Notes under the pieces: generated by a model | The model's input: only the letters and a program-made list of their open reading frames with translations | Told to the model about the DNA's origin: nothing | Database searches by the model: none | Source: an uncultured Acidimicrobiia bacterium | Lineage (GTDB): Bacteria; Actinomycetota; Acidimicrobiia; Spongiisociales; UBA11373 | Reading direction: 5' to 3' | DNA length: 64,000 bases | Assembly (NCBI GenBank): GCA_964354255.1 | Contig: CAYGYX010000002.1 | Span: 8,697 to 72,696 of the forward strand | Program-made: the position numbers and the translations under genes | In this document: one piece after another, positions 8,960-18,149 of the stretch | Position numbering within the stretch: the stretch's first letter is position 1 | Layout: the number at the start of each line of letters is the position of its first letter

Positions 8960-10291
8960 TCAGCGGGTCGCCGCCCCCATCGCCAGCCCGGCGGCCACCA
9001 CCTTCCCCAGTTCCTCGGCGTGCCTACCCGCCGCGGCGGCCGTTTCGACCAGGGCGGCGGTGGGGAACAGGCCGAGCACCTCGATAGCGGCGGCGCAGGC
9101 GGCTAGGCCCTGGTCGGCCTTGGCCAGCCGCGTGCCGGCCGAGGCGGGATCGAGCACCACCACCCGGGCGGGGGTCTCCAGGTCGGCCACCTCCGGCAAG
9201 GCAAGCACGGTGGACTGGGCAGCCAGGCGGGGCAGGTAAGGGCGGGCCTTGGCGAGGCCGTCGTTGCTGAGGACGACCAGCGAGTGGGGCACATCCATGC
9301 CGGCGAAGTCGAGCGGCTCGGGGGAGAGGATGAGCGTGGAGACGCTGTGCCCGGTGCGGACGGTGATCGGGTAGTCGTCAGCCTGGGCGGCGTAGAGGCC
9401 CGAGCGGATGGCGGCCTGGGCGGCCAGCCGCACCCCGGAGCGCACCCGGCCGCCGGCCGAGCCGGCCACCAGCAGCGCGAAGCGCCGGTCCAGCGCGGTG
9501 GCCTGTGTCACCGGGATGGGAAAAGGCCCTAGCGAGGGGCGCCCGGGACGGGCGGCGGCCCGGTAGGCGGCGGCGTACTCGGGCAGCTCGGGGCGCCGCT
9601 GGATGATCCCGGCGGCCATGCCGAGGTCGTCGAGGGTGGTCTGGATGGCCCGCCGGGTGAACTTGTTGGAGCGGACGAAGTAGGCCGTGCACAGCTCCCA
9701 GATGTCCAGCAGGGCGAACCCCCGGGCGTCCATGGCCTCGGCGATCCGCTCGGGCAAGTCCTCATCGAACGATGTGCCTCGCCAGACGTAACCGGCGCCG
9801 TTGACTGCCACGGTGGCGCAGATGTCCAGCGGACGCTCGAGATTGCCGGTGGGGGTGGTCGAGGTGAGCGCCCCGGCCGGGGTGGTGGTGGAGTGCTGGC
9901 CGCCGGTCATGCCGAAGTTGAAGTTGTTGAAGACCAGCACGGTGATCCCGATGTTGCGCCGCGCGGCGTTGAGCAGGTGGGCCCCGCCGATGCCGGTCCC
10001 GCCGTCGCCCATGACCACGACCACGTCCAGGTCGGGCCGGGCCAGCTTGATGCCGGTGGCGTAGGTGATGCTCCGCCCGTGCAGGCCGTGGAACGCGCTG
10101 GTGACGAAGTACTGGTCGCTGAGGCCGCTGCAGCCGATGTCGCTGACGATCACCACCTTGGTCGGGTCCGCCCCCCGGCGCACGAGGGCGGCGTTGAGGG
10201 CGTCGAGGATGGGGGAGTGGCCGCAGCCCGGGCAGAAGGGGTAGGGCAGGTCGTTGCGGTAGGTGGCGAGGGGGGTGATGGTGGTGGTCAT
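8960..10291 (-). CDS. korB: 2-oxoacid:ferredoxin oxidoreductase beta subunit (TPP-binding) fused to a C-terminal gamma-like domain
   Basis: TPP-binding region FCPGCGH..DIGCSGL..GDGGTGIGGAHLLNAARRNIGITVLVFNN, then a C-terminal POR gamma-type domain (ALLVAGSAGGRVRSGVRLAAQAAIRSGLYA..). The start was refined to MTTTITPL (ATG at 10291), which overlaps the korA stop by 4 nt. Confidence 0.75.
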   Translation of the reverse strand: MTTTITPLATYRNDLPYPFCPGCGHSPILDALNAALVRRGADPTKVVIVSDIGCSGLSDQYFVTSAFHGLHGRSITYATGIKLARPDLDVVVVMGDGGTGIGGAHLLNAARRNIGITVLVFNNFNFGMTGGQHSTTTPAGALTSTTPTGNLERPLDICATVAVNGAGYVWRGTSFDEDLPERIAEAMDARGFALLDIWELCTAYFVRSNKFTRRAIQTTLDDLGMAAGIIQRRPELPEYAAAYRAAARPGRPSLGPFPIPVTQATALDRRFALLVAGSAGGRVRSGVRLAAQAAIRSGLYAAQADDYPITVRTGHSVSTLILSPEPLDFAGMDVPHSLVVLSNDGLAKARPYLPRLAAQSTVLALPEVADLETPARVVVLDPASAGTRLAKADQGLAACAAAIEVLGLFPTAALVETAAAAGRHAEELGKVVAAGLAMGAATR

Positions 10292-11418
10292 CCCGCCGCC
10301 TCCAGCACCTGCTCGGGGGTGATCATCTCCCCGTCGACCCGATTCAGGCCCACGACGTGCGCAGCGGGCAGAAGGCGCTCCACCTCCAAGCGATACTGGC
10401 CCAGGTTCAGTTCGGGGACGAGCACGCGCCCCACGCCGGCCGCGGCAGCCCGCAGCGCGTCCTCGGGTACCGGCCACAGGCTCTTGACCACCAACGAGGA
10501 GAGGTGGCGGCCTTCCTGGCGGGCGCGGCGGATGGCCTCTCGGACGGCCCCGGCGGTGACCCCGTAGGAGACCACCAGGGTGTCGGCCCCGGGCTGGAGA
10601 TCGGCCTCTACCAGGTCGATCTCGTCGCGGTGCTCCTCGATCTTGGCGGCCAGATGGCGGTTGAGGGCGTCCACGGTGGCCGGGTCCTTGGTGATGAAGG
10701 CACGCTCGTCGTGGCTGGAGCCGGTGAAGCGGACGGTCTCCTCGCCGCCGTAGTGGCGCAGCGGCGGTACCTGGCCGGCGGGCAAGTAGCGGTAGGGCAT
10801 GCCGGGGGCATCGGGAAGGGGACGCGGGCGGACCTCAGCAGGGGCGTAGTCGTCGAGCGCCACGGTGTTCATCGTCATGTTCAGCTCTTTGTCGGTGAGC
10901 AGGAACACCGGGCAGCGGAAACGCTCGGCCAAATCGAAAGCCTTCATCGTCAGGCGGTAGCAGTCGGGGATCGAGGAGGGGGCCAGGGCGATGATCGGGT
11001 AGCCGCCGGAGGTGCCCCAGCGCACGAACTGGACGTCGCCCTGGCCGACGGTGGTGGCCCCCCCGGTGGCCGGGCCGAGGCGCTGGACGTCCACCACCAC
11101 CAGCGGCACCTCGCCCATGACGCCCAGGCCCAGGTTCTCGCTGTACAGGCTCAGCCCGGGGCCGCTGGTGGCGGTGAGGGCCCGGGCCCCGGCCATCACC
11201 GCCCCGATGCACATGCCGATGGAGGCGATCTCATCTTCGCCCTGCACGGCCACCCCGCCCACCTTGGGGAGCTCGCGCATCATCATCATGAGGATCGGCG
11301 AAGCCGGAGTTATGGGGTAGCCGGCGAAGAAGGTGCAGCCTGCGTCGAGAGCGCCGCGCACGATGGCGGTGGAGCCGTCGGTGTACTCGCGCAGCGGCGG
11401 GCTGGGGTCAAGGGCCAT
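10288..11418 (-). CDS. korA: 2-oxoacid:ferredoxin oxidoreductase alpha subunit
   Basis: TFFAGYPITPASPILM..VAVQGEDEIASIGMCIGAVMAGARALTATSGPGLSL, the pyruvate/2-oxoglutarate:Fd oxidoreductase alpha signature. The start was refined to MALDPSPP (residue 96 of the track ORF), giving 376 aa. Confidence 0.75.
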   Translation of the reverse strand: MALDPSPPLREYTDGSTAIVRGALDAGCTFFAGYPITPASPILMMMMRELPKVGGVAVQGEDEIASIGMCIGAVMAGARALTATSGPGLSLYSENLGLGVMGEVPLVVVDVQRLGPATGGATTVGQGDVQFVRWGTSGGYPIIALAPSSIPDCYRLTMKAFDLAERFRCPVFLLTDKELNMTMNTVALDDYAPAEVRPRPLPDAPGMPYRYLPAGQVPPLRHYGGEETVRFTGSSHDERAFITKDPATVDALNRHLAAKIEEHRDEIDLVEADLQPGADTLVVSYGVTAGAVREAIRRARQEGRHLSSLVVKSLWPVPEDALRAAAAGVGRVLVPELNLGQYRLEVERLLPAAHVVGLNRVDGEMITPEQVLEAAG

Positions 11419-11486
11419 GGATGGCCAATGGTATCGCCGGGGCCGACGCAAGCGGCCGATGGGCGGTGGGCGGATTCCCGGAGCCG

Positions 11487-11987
11487 CTACTCGCCGGTGG
11501 CGCCGTCGGCCGCTTCGCGCAGGAGATCGGCGTGGCCGGCGTGCCGGGCGGTCTCCTCTATCATGTGCAGCAGGATCCAGCGCAGGGTCACCGGATCCCC
11601 ACGGGTCGCGAGCGCGTCCAGCCCGGGGGCCGCCGCCACCACCTGCCGACTCTGCTCGGCCTCGCTGTGATAGAAGCCGGCCACGCCCTCCGGGCTCTCC
11701 CATTCCTCCGCACGCCAGTCGGCATCGGGATCCTCGTCCGACCAGGGGAAGGCGACGTCCCGCCCGGCGAATCTGGCCTGGAACCAGTAGCGCTCGACGA
11801 AGGCGAGGTGCTTGGCGACGCCGAGGAGGCTCATGCCCGAGGGCAGCAGGCTGGCGCGGCCCTGTTCAGGAGTGACGCCGTCGAGCTTCCAGAGAATGGT
11901 CTCGCGCAGGTCGTCCAGGAAGCCGGTCAGGAGGGCGAGTTCGTCGATGCTGGTTCTCGCGGCGTGTCGGCGGCCTCGGTACTGCAT
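11487..11987 (-). CDS. DinB/DUF664 (DinB_2, mycothiol-dependent maleylpyruvate isomerase N-terminal-like) family protein
   Basis: About 166 aa with a C-terminal His-rich metal-binding motif HMIEETARHAGHADLL, typical of DinB_2. Confidence 0.5.
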   Translation of the reverse strand: MQYRGRRHAARTSIDELALLTGFLDDLRETILWKLDGVTPEQGRASLLPSGMSLLGVAKHLAFVERYWFQARFAGRDVAFPWSDEDPDADWRAEEWESPEGVAGFYHSEAEQSRQVVAAAPGLDALATRGDPVTLRWILLHMIEETARHAGHADLLREAADGATGE

Positions 11988-12102
11988 GCAGGCACTCTAG
12001 GTCCGACCGGGCCGCCGGCCGGGCTGCCAGCCGCGGCCAAGCGGGAGCCTTGTTGGGATGAGAGGTTCGCCCCGGGCGTTCGTTGTTTGGTTTGTCTCTT
12101 GT

Positions 12103-12131
12103 AATATCGGGATATTCAGAGTATCCTGAAT
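12103..12131. promoter_or_regulatory. AT-rich overlapping inverted repeats immediately upstream of the regulator start codon (candidate operator)
   Basis: AATATC-GG-GATATT (12103..12116) overlaps ATTCAG-agtatc-CTGAAT (12114..12131). It sits in the only strongly AT-rich stretch (12090..12135) of this roughly 70% GC window, 3 nt upstream of the ATG at 12134 and inside the divergent intergenic region with the DinB-like gene. Confidence 0.4.
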
Positions 12132-12133
12132 CT

Positions 12134-12649
12134 ATGATGAGTACATACAGCGAGCATCAGCATCGCCTGGTTCGGGAGCTTCATTTCGCCGAGGACTGGG
12201 GCATGGTCTTCGAACTCCTGGCCATGCCCCGGATGGCCGGACGGGTCTGGGCGGTGATGGCGATGGCCGATGAGCCGTACTTGTCGGCCGACGACCTGGA
12301 GAACAGGTTGGAGGCGAGTTCGGGGGCCGTCAACGGGGCGCTGCAGTACCTGACCCGCCAGGGCGTGCTGGAGAGGGTGCGGGTGCCCGGCCAGCGCCGT
12401 TACTACTTCGGGCTGCGCCCCGGGACGATGGAGGTCCTGGTGGCGCGGCGGCTGGCGGTGATGGGTGAGATCCGGGACCTGGCCGCCCGCGGGATCCGGG
12501 AGTTCGCCGATCGCCCGGCAGCGCGCGCCCGCTTTGAGGAGGTTCACGAGTTCTACGAGTGGGTGGACGCGGAGATGGCCGCCCTCGTGGACCGGTTCCG
12601 GGAGTCGCGGCCCGCGAAGAAGCCGGCGAAGAAGGGGGCCCGGGCGTGA
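12134..12649 (+). CDS. winged-helix transcriptional regulator, GbsR/MarR-like
   Basis: The core RMAGRVWAVMAMADEPYLSADDLENRLEASSGAVNGALQYLTRQGVLERVRVPGQRRYYF resembles the GbsR/MarR wHTH. The track ORF starts at TTG 12083, but the ATG-ATG at 12134 follows the palindromes and is the preferred start. Confidence 0.5.
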   Translation: MMSTYSEHQHRLVRELHFAEDWGMVFELLAMPRMAGRVWAVMAMADEPYLSADDLENRLEASSGAVNGALQYLTRQGVLERVRVPGQRRYYFGLRPGTMEVLVARRLAVMGEIRDLAARGIREFADRPAARARFEEVHEFYEWVDAEMAALVDRFRESRPAKKPAKKGARA

Positions 12650-13344
12650 TCGAGCTGGCTGGGGTCGGGAAGACCTTCGGCGAGGGGGCGGGCAGGGTGG
12701 TGGCCCTGCAAGGTGTGGACCTGAGAGTCGAGGCGGGGGAGTTCGTGGTGGTGCTCGGGCCATCGGGGAGCGGGAAGACCACCCTCCTCAACCTCATCGG
12801 GGCACTGGACACCGCCACCGAGGGGACAGTCAGGGTGGGAGGAGTTGACATCTCCCGCGCCGCACGGCGCGAGCTGTTCGAGTTTCGCCGGCGAACCGTG
12901 TCGTTCGTGTTCCAGAGCTTCAACATCTTCCCCGGCCTGACCGCAGCCGAGAACGTTCAGTTCGGCATCGATGTCGCCGGACGGGCCGGGACCACCGCAG
13001 CCGAGATCCTGGCGAGCGTCGGCCTGGAGGGGCGGGAGGACAGCTTCCCGCATCAGCTGTCGGGAGGGGAGCAGCAGCGGGTGGCGATTGCCCGCGCCCT
13101 GGCCACCGGGAACCCGGTGCTCCTCGCCGATGAGCCCACGGGTGAGCTGGACTTCCGTACCGGGGTGCAGATCCTGGGCCTGCTCGAGGCGCGCGCCGCC
13201 GAAGGCCGCGCGGTGCTGGTGGTAACCCACAACCGGGAGATCTCCCGCGCCGCGGACCGCGTAGTGGAGCTCAGCGGCGGTCGCATCGTGTCGGATGGCC
13301 CGCCGGCAGGCGGGCGGGCCAGGACCGCGGACCTGCACTGGTGA
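12646..13344 (+). CDS. ABC transporter ATP-binding protein (MacB/LolD-type)
   Basis: Walker A GPSGSGKTT, the signature LSGGEQQRVAIARAL and Walker B LLADEPTGELD. A GTG start at 12646 overlaps the regulator's TGA stop (GTGA). Confidence 0.8.
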   Translation: MIELAGVGKTFGEGAGRVVALQGVDLRVEAGEFVVVLGPSGSGKTTLLNLIGALDTATEGTVRVGGVDISRAARRELFEFRRRTVSFVFQSFNIFPGLTAAENVQFGIDVAGRAGTTAAEILASVGLEGREDSFPHQLSGGEQQRVAIARALATGNPVLLADEPTGELDFRTGVQILGLLEARAAEGRAVLVVTHNREISRAADRVVELSGGRIVSDGPPAGGRARTADLHW

Positions 13345-15776
13345 GCGGCATGAGGCTCTCGCTGCGCTGGTCGTGGCGCGACATGCGGGCCCACTGGGTC
13401 CAGGTGGCCGCCATCGCCCTTGTCGTTGCGCTGGGGACCGGGACCTACGCCGGCCTGGGGAGCACCGGCCAATGGCGGCGCACCTCCGCCGACGCCTCCT
13501 ACGCGCTCCTCGGCTTCCGGGACCTGGAGGTGGAGCTCTCCGAGGGCTCGCTCGTGGAGCAGGGGAGCCTCTTGGCGGCCCTCGAGAGCGTGGAGCCGGG
13601 GCTCATCGCCGCGGCCGAGGAGCGATTGGAGCTCCCCACCCAGGTTGACGCCAGCCTCCCCGGCCGGACGATCCTGGTCCCGGGCCGGGTCATCGGGGTG
13701 CCGCTGGGCGACGGCGGCCCCACGATCGACCGCCTGGAGACGGTGGCAGGACGGGCCCTTGGATCGGAGGACTCCGGGGCAGCGGTGGTGCTGCTCGAGC
13801 GCAACTTCGCCGAGTACTACGACCTCCCAGCCGAGGGCTCCCTGTCCATCGCAGGAGGGCGGCCGCTGACCTACGTGGGCTGGGCCGGTTCGCCGGAGTA
13901 CTTCATCGTCATCCCTGAGGACGGCTCGGGGTTCTTCATGCAGGCGAACTACGCCGTCGTGTTCACCTCGCTGGAGACGGCGCAGGATCTGGCCGGCGCA
14001 CCCGGCCAGGTGAACCGCGTGTTCATCCGCTTCGCGCAAGGCGCCGACCTGGGCCAGACCGAAGGGGCGGTGACGACCGCCCTGGAAGAGAAGTTCCTCG
14101 AGTTCGGCATCACGGTGGTGCCCCGCGACGAGGAGCCCGCCTACTCGATGATGTACGACGACATCGAAAACGACCAGCGGACCTACAACATCTTCGCCGG
14201 CCTCATCTTCGTGGGGGCGGTCGCCGCCGCTTTCAACCTCACCACCCGCTTGGTGGAGGCTCAGCGCCGGGAGATCGGGATCGCCATGGCGCTGGGCGTG
14301 CCCCGGTCCCGCATAGCGCTGCGGCCCCTACTGGTCGGAGCCCAGATCGCTCTGTTGGGCGTGGTCTTCGGGCTCGGGGTCGGCTGGGCGGTCGGCTTGG
14401 CGATGCGCCAGGTCGTCCAGGGCTTCTTCCCCCTGCCGGCCTGGACCACGTCGTTTGTCGGTGGGCCCTTCGCCCGCGCCGCGGTGGCCGGCTTCGTGGC
14501 ACCCTTCCTCGCGGTGGTCTACCCCGTCTGGCGAGCGGTTCGGGTCCGCCCGATCGAGGCCATTCGGCCGGCTCACCTGGCACGCAGGGCCAGGGTCCAC
14601 TGGGCCCGCCCGGGGCGCGGGCCCGGGCACACCCTCCGCCGGCTGCCGTTGCGCAACCTGGCACGGGCACCGCGCCGCACCACCCTCACCGCGCTGGGCA
14701 TCGGTGCAGCGATCGCCGTCCTCACCGCACTGTTGGCAATGGTCGACTCGTTCACCCGCACCGTTGACGTCGGCGAGCAGCAGATCCTGGTGGGCAAGGC
14801 CGACCGGATCATGGTGGACTTCGACCGGGTGTACGCCGCCGACGCCCCCGAGGTGGCCGCCGTCCTGGGTTCAGCCACCGTGACACAAGCCGAGGCTTCG
14901 CTCGCGTTGCCGGGGCGCCTGCAGACCGCCGGGTCGGGTTTCGACGTGGTGATCGGCCTGGTCGATCTGGAAGCGTCGGTGTGGATCCCGGATCTCTCCG
15001 CCGGGCGCCTGGACCCCGGCGGGGTGGTGATAGCCCGCAAGGCGGCGGAGGACCTGGGGGTGGGTGTGGGCGACCAGATCGTCCTGATCCATCCCCGTCG
15101 GACGGGGGAGGCTTCGTACGGGTTTGCCGCCACGTCGGTGGAGGTCGTGGGAATCCACGAGACGCCCTACCGGTTCCTGGCCTACCTGGACGTGTCCCAG
15201 GCCGAGGCCCTGGGCCTGGGAGGCCTGGTGAACCAGGTGAACGCCACTCCGGCGCCCGGCAACAGCCTCGACGATGTCAAGCGAAGCCTCTTCGAGGTGG
15301 AGGCAGTGGCTTCGGTGCAGCCGGCGACGGTGGTGGCCGACACCTTCCGCGACTTCCTGGAGCGCTTCATCGGAGTGCTGCAGGTGGTCCAGGGCGCGGT
15401 GTTCCTCCTCGCGCTGGCCATCGCGTTCAACTCGGCGAGCCTCAACCTCGACGAGCGGGCGCGCGACTACGCCACCATGTTCGCCTTCGGCGTGTCACGG
15501 GGCCGAGCCCTGGCCCTGGCCATGGTGGAAGGGGCGATGCTGGGCCTGCTCGCCACCGGGCTGGGGATGGCGGCCGGCTACGGGCTCACGCGATGGATGG
15601 TGGGCAGCTTGTTCGCCGAAACCGCACCCGATATCGGTGTGCTCCTGTGGATCACCCCGAAGACGTTCGGCGTGGTGGTGGCCATGGGGGTGGCGGCGGT
15701 GGCCCTGGCCCCCCTGCTGACGATCAGGAAGATGGGCCGCATGGACCTGCCCGCCACCCTGCGGGTGATGGAGTAG
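13341..15776 (+). CDS. ABC transporter permease, FtsX/MacB-type with duplicated FtsX domains (811 aa)
   Basis: Two 4-TM FtsX-like modules, each preceded by a large extracytoplasmic domain. There is an ATGA overlap with the ATPase gene. Confidence 0.7.
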   Translation: MSGMRLSLRWSWRDMRAHWVQVAAIALVVALGTGTYAGLGSTGQWRRTSADASYALLGFRDLEVELSEGSLVEQGSLLAALESVEPGLIAAAEERLELPTQVDASLPGRTILVPGRVIGVPLGDGGPTIDRLETVAGRALGSEDSGAAVVLLERNFAEYYDLPAEGSLSIAGGRPLTYVGWAGSPEYFIVIPEDGSGFFMQANYAVVFTSLETAQDLAGAPGQVNRVFIRFAQGADLGQTEGAVTTALEEKFLEFGITVVPRDEEPAYSMMYDDIENDQRTYNIFAGLIFVGAVAAAFNLTTRLVEAQRREIGIAMALGVPRSRIALRPLLVGAQIALLGVVFGLGVGWAVGLAMRQVVQGFFPLPAWTTSFVGGPFARAAVAGFVAPFLAVVYPVWRAVRVRPIEAIRPAHLARRARVHWARPGRGPGHTLRRLPLRNLARAPRRTTLTALGIGAAIAVLTALLAMVDSFTRTVDVGEQQILVGKADRIMVDFDRVYAADAPEVAAVLGSATVTQAEASLALPGRLQTAGSGFDVVIGLVDLEASVWIPDLSAGRLDPGGVVIARKAAEDLGVGVGDQIVLIHPRRTGEASYGFAATSVEVVGIHETPYRFLAYLDVSQAEALGLGGLVNQVNATPAPGNSLDDVKRSLFEVEAVASVQPATVVADTFRDFLERFIGVLQVVQGAVFLLALAIAFNSASLNLDERARDYATMFAFGVSRGRALALAMVEGAMLGLLATGLGMAAGYGLTRWMVGSLFAETAPDIGVLLWITPKTFGVVVAMGVAAVALAPLLTIRKMGRMDLPATLRVME

Positions 15777-15790
15777 CGCCCGCCGCCCGG

Positions 15791-16987
15791 CTAGGGCACC
15801 ACGCCCAGGGCCCGCCCGACTCGCGTGAAGGCCTCGGCTCCCTTGCCCAGGTCGTCGTCGCTGTGAGCGGCGGACACCATCACCCGGATGCGGGCCTTGC
15901 CGCGCGGGACGGTGGGAAAGCCGATGGCCTGGGCGAACACGCCGTGCTCCTCGAACAGGCGTCGCGATACCTCCTGGGCCAGGGAAGCCTCCCCGAGCAT
16001 CACCGGGGTGATGGGGGTGGCACTGATGCCGATGTCGAACCCGGCCCCCGACATCATCTCCTTGAAACGGCGGGCGTTGGCCCACAGGCGCTCCACCAGC
16101 TCGGTGGAGGACTCGAGCAGGTCGACCGCGGCCAGGCAGGCGGCCACGTCGGCCGGGGTGGCCGCCGAGGAGAACAGGAAGGGGCGGGCCCGCTGGTGGA
16201 GCCACTCGACCAGGGCCGACGACCCGGCCACGTAGCCGCCCATGACCCCGAAGGCCTTCGACATAGTCCCCACCTCGACGTCCACCCGGCCGTGGACGCC
16301 GAAATGGTCGACGATGCCGCGCCCACCTCGGCCCAGCACCCCCTCGCCGTGGGCGTCGTCCACCATAAGCATCGCCTCGTGGCCCTCGGCCACCGGAACA
16401 AGGGCGTCGAGCGGGGCCAGGTCGCCGTCCATAGAGAACACACCGTCGGTGATCACCAGCACCCGGTGGGCCCCGGCAGCCCGAGCTTCGCGGAGGGCCC
16501 GGTCGAGGTCGCCCGGGTCGGCGTGGTGATAGATGGACCGGGCGGCCCGGGTCAGGCGCACCCCGTCGACGATGGAGGCGTGGTTCAGCTCGTCCGAGAC
16601 GACCGCGTCGCCCTCGCCGACCAGGGCGGCGATGGTCCCCAGGTTGGCGGCGAAGCCGGACTGCAGGGAGATGGTGGCGGGCACTCCCTTGAAGCGGGCC
16701 AGCCGCTGCTCGAGCTCCTCGTGGATGGCCATCGTGCCGGCGATGGTGCGCACCGCCCCCGGCCCTACTCCGTAGCGCTGCAGCGCCTCGGCGGCCGCCG
16801 CCACCAGCCGGGGATGGTCGGCGAGCCCGAGGTAGTTGTTGGAACAGAAGTTGAGCACCTGCCGGCCGTCGATGGTCAGCCAGGGGCCCTGCGGCCCGTC
16901 GATGCGCCGGATGGTGGTGTAGAGGCCCTGGCGGCGCAGGGTATCCAGCTCGTCTTGCAGGAAAGCGGTCCGGTCTGCCATGTTCAC
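15791..16987 (-). CDS. kbl: glycine C-acetyltransferase (2-amino-3-ketobutyrate CoA ligase)
   Basis: PLP-dependent class-II aminotransferase fold with the lysine motif GTMSKAFG and strong similarity across the protein to the Kbl/BioF family. It lies immediately downstream of tdh. Confidence 0.8.
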   Translation of the reverse strand: MNMADRTAFLQDELDTLRRQGLYTTIRRIDGPQGPWLTIDGRQVLNFCSNNYLGLADHPRLVAAAAEALQRYGVGPGAVRTIAGTMAIHEELEQRLARFKGVPATISLQSGFAANLGTIAALVGEGDAVVSDELNHASIVDGVRLTRAARSIYHHADPGDLDRALREARAAGAHRVLVITDGVFSMDGDLAPLDALVPVAEGHEAMLMVDDAHGEGVLGRGGRGIVDHFGVHGRVDVEVGTMSKAFGVMGGYVAGSSALVEWLHQRARPFLFSSAATPADVAACLAAVDLLESSTELVERLWANARRFKEMMSGAGFDIGISATPITPVMLGEASLAQEVSRRLFEEHGVFAQAIGFPTVPRGKARIRVMVSAAHSDDDLGKGAEAFTRVGRALGVVP

Positions 16988-16988
16988 C

Positions 16989-18062
16989 TCACGCAGTGGT
17001 CAGCGGCCCGTCGGCGTCGGCGGGGTCCGGGAACATCACCACCTTCCCGCACTGGCCCGAGGCCATCAGGGCGAAGGCGGCCTCGAAATCGGCGAGGGCG
17101 AAGCGGTGAGTCACCATCGGCGCGAGATCCACCGCCCCGCTGCGCAGCATCGCACGCATCTGGTACCAGGTGGCCCACAGGCGCCGGCCGGCGATGCCGT
17201 GCACCGTGGCCCCCTTGAAGACGATGCGGTTGTCGAAGTCGAAATCGATCGTCCGGGAGAACAGGCCGAGCAGCGCGGCCTCACCTCCGGGGCGAAGCAG
17301 GCGGAAGCCCTGGTCGATGGCGGAGGCCACTCCCGACATCTCCAGCAGCACGTCTACGCCGTCCCCGTCGGTGGCCGACATGACGGCCTCGTACAGGTCG
17401 ACCAGGGAGGGGTTGAAGGTGGCCTCGGCCCCCATGGCCCGGGCCAGGGCAAGCCGGTACTCGCTGATGTCGCTGGCCAGCACAGTGCGGGCGCCGAGGG
17501 CTCGGGCGGCGGCGATGGACATCACGCCCACCGGGCCGCAGCCGGTCACCAGCACCTTGCGTCCGGCCACGGCCGGCGTGGAGGCGGTGTGGACCGCGTT
17601 GCCGAAGTTCTCTTGGAGAGAAGCGATCGAGTAGGACATGCCGGGCGGGTCGGGCCAGCAGTTGACCGCCGGGGCGGCCACGAACTCGGCAAAGACCCCA
17701 TCGCGATGCACCCCGAAGATGCTGGTCTGGGGGCACAGGTGCCCCTTGCCGGTGCGGCAGAGCACGCAGACCCCGCACACCACATGCGACTCGACCGATA
17801 CCAGCGAGCCCAGGGGCGGGTCGGAGACACCCTCCCCGTGGGCAACGACGAGGCCACAGGTCTCGTGGCCGATGACGCGCGGCGGGACGACGCGGTCGAC
17901 GGCCCAGGGGTCCCAGTTGCGGATGTGCAGGTCGGTGCCACAGATCGACGCTGCCTTGACCTTGAGGAGCACCTCACCTCGCCCCGGCCGAGGCGTGGGC
18001 ACGTCCACCATGGCAAGGCCGGGGCCGGGGCCCGGCTTCACTACCGCGTGCATCACTCCCAC
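16989..18062 (-). CDS. tdh: L-threonine 3-dehydrogenase (Zn-dependent MDR family)
   Basis: Catalytic Zn site CGTDLH..GHE and structural Zn site CGVCVLC, with the Rossmann motif VTGCGPVG. It is 1 nt upstream of kbl (tdh-kbl operon). Confidence 0.8.
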   Translation of the reverse strand: MGVMHAVVKPGPGPGLAMVDVPTPRPGRGEVLLKVKAASICGTDLHIRNWDPWAVDRVVPPRVIGHETCGLVVAHGEGVSDPPLGSLVSVESHVVCGVCVLCRTGKGHLCPQTSIFGVHRDGVFAEFVAAPAVNCWPDPPGMSYSIASLQENFGNAVHTASTPAVAGRKVLVTGCGPVGVMSIAAARALGARTVLASDISEYRLALARAMGAEATFNPSLVDLYEAVMSATDGDGVDVLLEMSGVASAIDQGFRLLRPGGEAALLGLFSRTIDFDFDNRIVFKGATVHGIAGRRLWATWYQMRAMLRSGAVDLAPMVTHRFALADFEAAFALMASGQCGKVVMFPDPADADGPLTTA

Positions 18063-18149
18063 CCTACCGGGCCGGCGCCGCCCGGGGGGCCGGGCGAGGG
18101 ATTTGGGCAGTTCTCGAGGGATTCAACCGGGCGGGCCATACTGTGGCCC

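Noticed and set aside
14981-17218. Plus-strand 745-aa ORF spanning the FtsX permease 3' end, kbl and tdh.
   Set aside because: It is antisense or alternative-frame to three well-supported genes, and its composition is Gly/Arg/Pro-rich.
16980-18149. N-terminal 390 codons of the 937-aa ORF.
   Set aside because: It is antisense to tdh with no conserved features. The real gene starts at the signal peptide at 18150.
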